Positions 16,039-22,887 of a stretch of 33,913 bases of DNA are shown piece by piece. The translations under genes were made by a program, and so were the position numbers. The notes beneath the pieces are model-generated. The model saw only the letters and a program-made list of their open reading frames with translations, searched no databases and was not told where the DNA came from. Position 1 is the first letter of the stretch; every line of letters starts with the position of its first letter. The stretch spans positions 8,099 to 42,011 of the forward strand of contig JBBUED010000003.1 of NCBI GenBank assembly GCA_038078215.1, written 5' to 3'. The stretch comes from Patescibacteria group bacterium. Its GTDB lineage: Bacteria > Patescibacteriota > Minisyncoccia > Phycocordibacterales > GWA1-40-21.

Positions 16039-16677
16039 TTAATTTATCTGAATCGGCTTTTCGGTGTCGCCCGGATTAAATATCTTGTAAAACAGCTCCA
16101 CCACCTCTTCCGTCCCTAGTCCTATCGTCCTTATGCCCGCGCGCACCAAACCTTGTTCAACCACGGACACCCTCTGCTCCAATTGCATCCTATTCTCTTC
16201 AAAACTATCGCTTCTTTCTTTGGCGGCGTTTGATTCTTTTCTGTTTCCCAGGAGGCTGCCGACCAATTGCGACTTAGCGCCCACGATAGGGGGGTCGTAT
16301 GGTATGACGACGAAGAAACTTTTTGTCATTATGTTGGAATTCTCCGTGAAATTTTTTATGAAGGCGATATATTCTCTTATCTGTATTTTCATCAGGTCAT
16401 TCAGTTGGTCTTTGTATCGTTCCTCAAGCAGGGCTATATACGGTCTTATGTCCAACTTTCTTGACTGGATGAATATTTGAATCGGAAAATCAAGCGAATT
16501 CAAGAAATTTTGAAATTGGTAGATTATGGAATTGCGCTCGTCCTCGGATTTTAAAGCGAAGTTAAGAGAAGACGCCATTAGAATTGCTCGCATTGAATTG
16601 TTTTTCAAAATAACAATGCCATCTCTTACTTCTTTGATCGGCACGAAATCCTGTGTTGCTTTTGATTTGGTTGGCAT
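16039..16677 (-). CDS. Stand-alone VirB4 N-terminal-domain-like protein (212 aa)
   Basis: FVPIKEVRDGIVILKNNSMRAILMASSLNFALKSEDERNSIIYQFQNFLNSLDFPIQIFIQSRKLDI resembles the N-terminal (non-ATPase) domain of Gram-positive VirB4 homologues. There is no P-loop. Confidence 0.5.
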   Translation of the reverse strand: MPTKSKATQDFVPIKEVRDGIVILKNNSMRAILMASSLNFALKSEDERNSIIYQFQNFLNSLDFPIQIFIQSRKLDIRPYIALLEERYKDQLNDLMKIQIREYIAFIKNFTENSNIMTKSFFVVIPYDPPIVGAKSQLVGSLLGNRKESNAAKERSDSFEENRMQLEQRVSVVEQGLVRAGIRTIGLGTEEVVELFYKIFNPGDTEKPIQIN

Positions 16678-16680
16678 TGG

Positions 16681-16883
16681 GTTAGCTTGTTAGGTTGTAG
16701 CTTCTTAGCTTGTTAGGTTCAGAACTGAAAGCTTTTAGTAATAATAACATATTAATGAAGTTCTTAAGGTTTATAAAGTTATAAAGTAAATCTTCTCCAA
16801 ACTATTTTTTTAAAAAGTTAATAAGCTACAGGCTACTTTTCTTCCCCCTTCTCTTCCTAAAAAGCTACAAGCTAAACAGCTAC
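16681..16883. repeat. 'Empty' inverted-repeat cassette (AGCT family arms around a ~100-nt AT-rich loop)
   Basis: Left arm gttagcttgttaggttgtagcttcttagcttgttagg (16681-16717). Right arms ataagctacaggctac (about 16821-16836) and cctaaaaagctacaagctaaacagctac (16856-16883). The loop contains an ATAAAGTT-type segment. Confidence 0.6.
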
Positions 16884-17314
16884 TTCCTATAATCTCCCCT
16901 CGTTATCGGATTAATATTTTCATTGATATCCAGGCTCCATGTAAGGTCCTTAAGCTTGCTCTCCGACAATTTTGGAACTTTCAAAAGAGTTGAATTTCCG
17001 TCGGGCAAATTTTCTTTTTTTATTATCGGCTTTTCTCTTTTTTGCCACAAATATAATTTGTTACTAAAAACATATTTTACGGCCGATTCAAGGATGAAGA
17101 TAAACGGCTTGCCGTTGATTTTGTAAAAAGCCAGAGCAACGGAAAAAATCATAACCGGCACTATGAAAAATAAGGCCACGATAATATAAGGAATGATAGA
17201 ATAAATAACGAAAGAAATCCCTCCTCCTCCAGCTAGATAAATAAACTGCTTCAAGGTCAAAGGCCCGAATATCTTGTCTTCTATTTCAATAAATTGCGGG
17301 ACTTGGAAACGCAT
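16880..17314 (-). CDS. PrgI family (VirB3-like) T4SS membrane protein
   Basis: MRFQVPQFIEIEDKIFGPLTLKQFIYL followed by two TM helices is the characteristic PrgI-family N-terminus. The gene sits next to the VirB4-like genes. Confidence 0.65.
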   Translation of the reverse strand: MRFQVPQFIEIEDKIFGPLTLKQFIYLAGGGGISFVIYSIIPYIIVALFFIVPVMIFSVALAFYKINGKPFIFILESAVKYVFSNKLYLWQKREKPIIKKENLPDGNSTLLKVPKLSESKLKDLTWSLDINENINPITRGDYRK

Positions 17315-17856
17315 GTTAGCTGTTTAGCTTGTAGCTTCTTAGCTTTTTAGGTTAAGAGTACTTAATTTTTTAAGGAAGAGAGCATTTTGTTAAGCATTTT
17401 CATCACTTCTGACAAAAGGCTTTCTGATTTAGTATAACTTAAATTTTTTCCGAAAGATAAACTTTTTGCAATCTCCAATTGTGTTTCCAGTTCTGCTCCA
17501 GAACCGTAAGAAACAAGTAAGAAATAATTCAACTCTTTTCTGCTCCCGCGTCTTCTACCCTCGGCTATGTTGGAAGGAATAGATATGGAAGACCTTTTCA
17601 TTTGAGAGGACAGCCCGTAAATTTCTTCTTTTGGAAAATGTGCTGTCAGTTCATAAATAGACCTCACTAATTCCATCGATTTTTGCCAAACTATCAAATC
17701 TTTATAAGAATTTATCTCTTTTGTTTCCATATTTGTTTAGGGTAATTGCTTGTTAGGAAGAGTAAGAGAGGATTGCTTATGTCTTTTTATTATTCGTGCC
17801 TAAAAAGCTTACCCCTCCCCACCTCTCCCCCTAAAAAGCTACAAGCTAATAAGCTA
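17315..17856. repeat. Inverted-repeat-bracketed cassette carrying the four-helix-bundle gene
   Basis: gttagctgtttagcttgtagcttcttagctttttagg (17315-17351) against cctaaaaagctacaagctaataagctac (17829-17856). The arms are near-complementary apart from one extra 8-nt unit and enclose CDS 17362-17730. Confidence 0.55.
17362..17730 (-). CDS. Four-helix-bundle protein (23S rRNA intervening-sequence protein / Avd-like family)
   Basis: LIVWQKSMELVRSIYELTAHFPKEEIYGLSSQMKRSSISIPSNIAEGRRRGSRKELNYFLLVSYGSGAELETQLEIA matches the family signature (W-Q-K ... FP..E ... Q..R...SI..NIAEG ... GS..EL.T). Confidence 0.8.
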   Translation of the reverse strand: METKEINSYKDLIVWQKSMELVRSIYELTAHFPKEEIYGLSSQMKRSSISIPSNIAEGRRRGSRKELNYFLLVSYGSGAELETQLEIAKSLSFGKNLSYTKSESLLSEVMKMLNKMLSSLKN

Positions 17857-18645
17857 CTTTCCTACCTGTTCCCTATACGGGTCAACTTTCTTGTCCACGC
17901 TCGGTTGTTTTGTCTTGGATTGCGGCGCAGAATCATTGATCACGATTGTTTCTTTGGGAACGCTTACTGTTCCAGCCATCTTTGTCTTGAAAATATCTTT
18001 TTCCATTGTTCTTACTATATCTTCCTGCGGTACGGATGGTTTCTGGGGTGCTTGGTATTTTGTTGGGTTAATGATCGCGGCATTGGTCTTGTTGTATGCA
18101 TTCTGAAAAGCTGTTTGACTACTCTCTACTACAACAGGTTTCTCAACAATCTCAACTTCACTTGGACGTTTCGTTCCCAAGTGAAGTTCGGTTTTATTAA
18201 CCGCAGGCAAATTATGATGTTCTTTATCTTCAATTTCTCGCAGTATGTCTTCCCTCTTAAGGATTTCTTCTTCTGTTGTCTTAGTGTCTTTTCTCTCTTC
18301 TAATAAGCCACCTCCTGATTCACTTCTTTCCTCAGATATTTTCTTGAGCGATTCCCTCACCTTCAGAAAAATTTCCCGATTCAAATCTTCCGCTATCGCC
18401 TCGGCTTTTTCTTCCGTCACTTCCGCGTGTTTGGTGATGTTTGCGACTAGATTGTTAGCATGTTCAATGCCGAACATCACCAAGACAGTTTCTTCCCCAA
18501 GATGCCCCGCTTGGTCTATGTGGAGATTATGTTTGTCTGAAATTTTTCTTAATTTTTCTTTCCACGGAATAGACATTATCGCTTCCTGAATATCCTTAGG
18601 TAGCTGTTCAAACCTCTCTTTTAATATTTGTTCGCTATAATTCAT
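17854..18645 (-). CDS. Hypothetical soluble protein (263 aa), charged and low-complexity C-terminal half
   Basis: Long ORF co-directional with the array, with no TM or signal peptide. Helical N-terminal domain (ERFEQLPKDIQEAIMSIPWKEKLRKISDKHNL...). Confidence 0.55.
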   Translation of the reverse strand: MNYSEQILKERFEQLPKDIQEAIMSIPWKEKLRKISDKHNLHIDQAGHLGEETVLVMFGIEHANNLVANITKHAEVTEEKAEAIAEDLNREIFLKVRESLKKISEERSESGGGLLEERKDTKTTEEEILKREDILREIEDKEHHNLPAVNKTELHLGTKRPSEVEIVEKPVVVESSQTAFQNAYNKTNAAIINPTKYQAPQKPSVPQEDIVRTMEKDIFKTKMAGTVSVPKETIVINDSAPQSKTKQPSVDKKVDPYREQVGK

Positions 18646-18664
18646 TTTTTAAATTACTATTTTA

Positions 18665-20701
18665 TTATGGAGTTGTTGGACTAGCTCCACCGCCACCAGC
18701 CCCACCCGCTCCGCTTGCTCCACCCGTTTGTCCTTTTGTTTTTTCTGCAACTAATTTATCTATCAGCTCTGCGACCTCTTTCTCGCCCTTGCTTTTACCT
18801 TTCCTTATCTCTGCCGCCGCATCAGCTCCTGATGGGAATAATTTGTTCAAGACACCTGATTCAAATTCAATCTTTTTCGCGTACCCTTTCTTCATTCTGT
18901 CTCGGACTCTGTCTCTGTAGGACTTGATAGTTTCTATATTTTCTTTGGCTCTATTTATATCATGGCTCTGATTGTCTAAAATAGCTTCTTCTCTTTGCAG
19001 GCTTTCGTATGCTAGTTGGGCGGCATCAAGATCGGTGGCGGCCATAGTTCTTGAAGCTGTATCCGCAAGTCTTCTGTGTTCTATCTTTGCGTCATTCACA
19101 TTATTTTTGAGTTTAATTACAGATTCCATTTTCCGATCTATCAATTCTTCTTCTTTTCTTATCAACTCATCTGTTTTTCCTACTTTAGCCTTACCAACAA
19201 ACTCACCCATTTTTTTCTTTTTATCGGTACTCTTTTTCAGAGCGTCAGCGTAGCCAGTTTTACTGCCGAATTTTTGTCCCGCCACATTATCAAATTGCGT
19301 CTTGGCAAAAGTGCCCAAGGTTGGCGATTTTGCCATAAGCCTCGCCATATATTTATTATTACCCGCCAAATAAGCCGCTCGGCCGAGCGTGTTTCTCCCC
19401 GCGACACCCTGCGCCCAGTTTTGGAATTTGCCTGTGTATTTCAACACTCCGGCGGAGCCTTTGTCCGCCATATCTTTTGCGACTATGAGCGCCCCGATCA
19501 TTAAAGCCATCAATATTACATAGTTCATTATTATGGGGAATGCTCCAACGGTCGGTGAAGAAATAGCATCGTAAAAAGTAGATGTGGAATCGTTTCCTCC
19601 CACCGCTGTCCATAATTGACCAGAATTAATTATGGCGGAAATTAGATAAGCCATAAACAAGAAAGCCGGGGCGAATAAGGCTTGGCTCTGCAATCCTTTC
19701 CACCATTTCGTGGAGTACTCTTTCATTTCGGGGGAAATCAGTCCAAGAAAAGCAACCGGAGAAAAAAGCATATAAAACATAAGAGCGACGAATCTGACGA
19801 TAAACAAAAGCGCGACAGAGAGAAAAACAAAAGCCGAAACAAGAAACAGCGCTGAACCGCCAAGATTATTTAGCGTTATGTTGAAATTAGTAAGACCTTT
19901 ATAAGAATCTTGTTTATTATAGGATGACTCAGGAGATGGTATGCTGGTTTGAAGTCTCATACCCGCCATCATAGCGGTGGAGACGGAACCTGTGGATATG
20001 AGTTTTTTCTCCTCATCAGTACCATCAAGATTGACTTTGGCTGTTCCTACTTCAGTCTGCACGGCATTATAAAATCCCATAGCCACGATGTTAGACGCGT
20101 CTATGATGGCTTTGGTCATAAAAAGACTGAAGTTTATGAAAAGCCCGACCACGATGATATTAGTCAGAAGTTTTTTTGTATCGCCGCCTACCCCCAATAT
20201 CGTCTTAATGGCGATATAGAGCAAGATGAAAATAAAGAGCATATTCGCCACATTTAGGACTATTTTGTACCCCGTGTTTATAACATTGATTCCGTCTATG
20301 TTCTCTTTAAAATCTTTCACCGAGAAGTCCACAGCGTAATCTAGAAGGTAGCCACTCATAGTAAATATTCTAGATGATACATACCATGTGAAACTGGAGA
20401 TCCATGCAAGCATTTGACCGATCGTCGCGTCGGCTATTTTACCCCAGTCTCCCCAAGCTGCAACATTTTGTCCTACAGCGTAACCAGGAATTAAGTTCTT
20501 AGGGTCATCGTGAACATCTTTACCGAATTTAACAAATTCATCAGCCACTTTGTCGTACCAAGTACCACTATACCAGTGACCTTCTGATGCCAATATTTTT
20601 TTCGGTCCAGATACCGTTCCGGAAAAAGGCCCAACAAAAGAAATCCACAGAAAAGTTCCCACCATCGCCACTATTAAAATGTAAGGTATGAATTTTTTCA
20701 T
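18665..20701 (-). CDS. VirB6/TrbL-like polytopic membrane protein with a coiled-coil C-terminal domain and Gly/Ala tail
   Basis: At least 8 hydrophobic helices over about 430 aa, then a charged helical region and GGASGAGGAGGGGASPTTP. Assigned by size, topology and position next to the VirB4/PrgI genes. Start moved to ATG 20701 (MKKFIPYILIV...), 8 nt after the upstream stop. Confidence 0.5.
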   Translation of the reverse strand: MKKFIPYILIVAMVGTFLWISFVGPFSGTVSGPKKILASEGHWYSGTWYDKVADEFVKFGKDVHDDPKNLIPGYAVGQNVAAWGDWGKIADATIGQMLAWISSFTWYVSSRIFTMSGYLLDYAVDFSVKDFKENIDGINVINTGYKIVLNVANMLFIFILLYIAIKTILGVGGDTKKLLTNIIVVGLFINFSLFMTKAIIDASNIVAMGFYNAVQTEVGTAKVNLDGTDEEKKLISTGSVSTAMMAGMRLQTSIPSPESSYNKQDSYKGLTNFNITLNNLGGSALFLVSAFVFLSVALLFIVRFVALMFYMLFSPVAFLGLISPEMKEYSTKWWKGLQSQALFAPAFLFMAYLISAIINSGQLWTAVGGNDSTSTFYDAISSPTVGAFPIIMNYVILMALMIGALIVAKDMADKGSAGVLKYTGKFQNWAQGVAGRNTLGRAAYLAGNNKYMARLMAKSPTLGTFAKTQFDNVAGQKFGSKTGYADALKKSTDKKKKMGEFVGKAKVGKTDELIRKEEELIDRKMESVIKLKNNVNDAKIEHRRLADTASRTMAATDLDAAQLAYESLQREEAILDNQSHDINRAKENIETIKSYRDRVRDRMKKGYAKKIEFESGVLNKLFPSGADAAAEIRKGKSKGEKEVAELIDKLVAEKTKGQTGGASGAGGAGGGGASPTTP

Positions 20702-20709
20702 TGAAATTT

Positions 20710-22887
20710 TTACTCCGAAAATACTCGGGCTGCGCCGCCGCATTTTACTGTCACGCTCTCGTCGCCCGAAGTGACTGTCACTTGGGCGGTTTTATTTCCG
20801 GTTTCCGTGTATGTGGTCGCCGTCGTTTCTCCGCTTCCGATTAAGCCATCGGTTCCCGACCAGTTGTAGCCGTAATCACCCACCCCTCCGGAAGCCGTCG
20901 CCGTCCAAGTGAATTCCGTGCCGTCGCTGTTCCCGGTGTCAACCGCGCCCGCGATAGGGTCAAAACTGCAAGAAGCGGAGAGTTTGGTGTTCGTCACTTC
21001 AACTTTATTTGAACAAGCCACCGTGGTCGTCGTTTCACCTTTTGTTATTTCAACGCTCGCTGTTTTAGCTTCATCTCCGGTTCCAGTTGTCGTATAACCA
21101 ACCTCAACCGATTCCGTGTCGCCCGATGGGCCGTCCGTGTCATCTGACAGCCAGTTATAAGTCGCGCTTTCGCTTGTATCCGCCAATGACGCGCTCCATT
21201 TTACAGTTTGATTGACTAGAGCGCTTGTCTTATCCGCGGAACAAGAGTCAACAGTTACCGATCCTTCCGATGATTCTGAAGATGACGAAGATCCTCCCTC
21301 GTCTGAAACATCAACAGTTCCGCAATCATAGCCGGAGCTCGCTCCATCATTCGTAACTGTCACGCTCGTTGATTTCTCTCCCGATTCAAAGTAATAAATC
21401 GTGAATGATTTAGCGCTACCAGCGTCTTCAATCGCATTTCCGTTTTCGTCCTTCCATTCATAGGTTGCGCTATCGTAAGAACTGTCGGATGAATACGGCG
21501 TCCATGTCCACTTCACGCTGCCGCCTGCTTTGATTGATGATTTGTTGGCGGAACAATAGCCATCAGCCCCCGAAGCGACATCGGAATCATCTCCCGCGGC
21601 AACCTTGACCGAGCCGCTGCATTTTATGGTTGCGCTCTTATTGCCTTTCTTGACAGTGACCCTCGCCTTTTTTGTTCCGGCGCTATTGTAAGCAATCTGC
21701 AAGCGGCGAGTTTCAGTTTCGGTATCCGTCTCAATTTCAGCGCCGTTCCATTTGTATTCCGGGGTCTTGTCTGAAGGGCCTCCCGAAACATAAACCGTCC
21801 ATTCAACCGTCTCTCCCGTGAGGGCCGAGCCGGTATCGGCTGTGCAGGTTCCGGTTATTTTCGTGTCAGAACTTTGCTCTTCAAGGTCGCTTGATGTGCC
21901 TCCCCAATCTCCCGATGATGAATTCATAGCGGCCAAACCTTTCGTAAGAACCGTTTTTACAAGCTGACCAACCAGCGCGCCAACTATCTTGTCTATGTCA
22001 TCGGCAAGCTCAAGCTGTCGCAAGCCCGTGCCAAGCGTATGTTCCAACTGGCTCTCAATGACTGAACCGGGAGTTTTTATATCACTATATTTAGTGCATG
22101 TCTGGTTTTCATTGGACTTATCTTTTTTTGTGGTCTCATCGGTAAGCTCAACACCGGGGCCGGCATCAGACGGCGCGGAAGTTTTTGTGGCATACTGCTC
22201 GCATGTTCTCCACGACAAGAAACCTTTGCCCCAGTCCAGCTTTTTGACTTCCATATCTTTGTTTTGCTGAATTCTTTTTTGAAGTTCAGCTTGCATGCTC
22301 AAGAAAGCGGTTCCGGGGTTGGCGTTTGGATTAGTAGTTAGATAAATCCACCCTTTCCAGCCGCCTTCCTTGAAAGTGCCGTTAACAAAATTATCAAAAT
22401 TTTTAATAATTCCGGTCAGGGTGCATTTTCTCTGCCGTTTAAAATTTCCTATTCCCAAAGAAAGGGCGATTTTAATGTTTAATTTGTACGGGTCGCAGAG
22501 CCAGCCGAATTTAGTCATTTCATTTATAAATTCTCCGACCACTTCGTCGCCGACATCAAGAAGAAAGCTCTGCGGGTCTGTCACGAATGACGGCGAGCCT
22601 TCAAACCCGCTGTTTATCCAATTGACTATGCTGTCCGTGATTTGGGCGAGCAGAGTTTTCATTACGAGATTGTAGATACCATTCCAGCTGAAGCCTGGCA
22701 CGGTATAACCCATCACGGTCACTCCGACGAATTTTGACCTCAAAGCGTCATCTGAAACTGGAACGGGCGGAACAGTGTCAATAGCGTAAACAGTCCTTAT
22801 CGCCAAGCTGGAAAACGACAGAGATACGATAATCGGAATTATTAAGAGATAAGAAAGTATTTTTTTGTTTCTAAAAAAGAAGTTCAT
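20710..22887 (-). CDS. Large secreted/surface protein: unknown N-terminal domain plus four tandem Cys-bracketed PKD/Ig-like repeats
   Basis: N-terminal signal/anchor (LSYLLIIPIIVSLSFSSLAI). Four ~77-aa modules, each running from Cys to Cys (aa 348-423, 445-522, 549-625, 640-716), with conserved V-x-W and Y-x-W motifs. ATGA overlap with the upstream gene. Confidence 0.7.
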   Translation of the reverse strand: MNFFFRNKKILSYLLIIPIIVSLSFSSLAIRTVYAIDTVPPVPVSDDALRSKFVGVTVMGYTVPGFSWNGIYNLVMKTLLAQITDSIVNWINSGFEGSPSFVTDPQSFLLDVGDEVVGEFINEMTKFGWLCDPYKLNIKIALSLGIGNFKRQRKCTLTGIIKNFDNFVNGTFKEGGWKGWIYLTTNPNANPGTAFLSMQAELQKRIQQNKDMEVKKLDWGKGFLSWRTCEQYATKTSAPSDAGPGVELTDETTKKDKSNENQTCTKYSDIKTPGSVIESQLEHTLGTGLRQLELADDIDKIVGALVGQLVKTVLTKGLAAMNSSSGDWGGTSSDLEEQSSDTKITGTCTADTGSALTGETVEWTVYVSGGPSDKTPEYKWNGAEIETDTETETRRLQIAYNSAGTKKARVTVKKGNKSATIKCSGSVKVAAGDDSDVASGADGYCSANKSSIKAGGSVKWTWTPYSSDSSYDSATYEWKDENGNAIEDAGSAKSFTIYYFESGEKSTSVTVTNDGASSGYDCGTVDVSDEGGSSSSSESSEGSVTVDSCSADKTSALVNQTVKWSASLADTSESATYNWLSDDTDGPSGDTESVEVGYTTTGTGDEAKTASVEITKGETTTTVACSNKVEVTNTKLSASCSFDPIAGAVDTGNSDGTEFTWTATASGGVGDYGYNWSGTDGLIGSGETTATTYTETGNKTAQVTVTSGDESVTVKCGGAARVFSE

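Noticed and set aside
17315-17856. Four-helix-bundle gene as the Avd component of a diversity-generating retroelement
   Set aside because: There is no reverse transcriptase gene anywhere in the window. I could not see a template/variable repeat pair near the 3' end of the neighbouring 263-aa gene. A computational TR/VR search would settle this.
17315-17856. Genuine 23S rRNA intervening sequence
   Set aside because: No rRNA sequence flanks the cassette. It is embedded between protein-coding genes of one operon.
17746-18303. 185-aa plus-strand ORF, plus other antisense ORFs (12445-12834, 14533-14877, 19076-19504, 23371-23865, 26357-26671, 27569-27943)
   Set aside because: All lie inside longer opposite-strand genes with recognisable domains or coherent operon context. 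The translations are Cys/Phe/Leu/Ser-rich shadow-ORF products.
18665-20743. N-terminal extensions of the track ORFs: 20743 start for the VirB6-like gene, 31097 for trmB, 33737 for the antitoxin, 31241 for the 291-aa gene, 3231 for the PBP
   Set aside because: In each case the extension overlaps the upstream gene, a promoter/operator palindrome or the RBS. An internal ATG gives a canonical N-terminus (TM helix, wHTH or RHH beta-strand).
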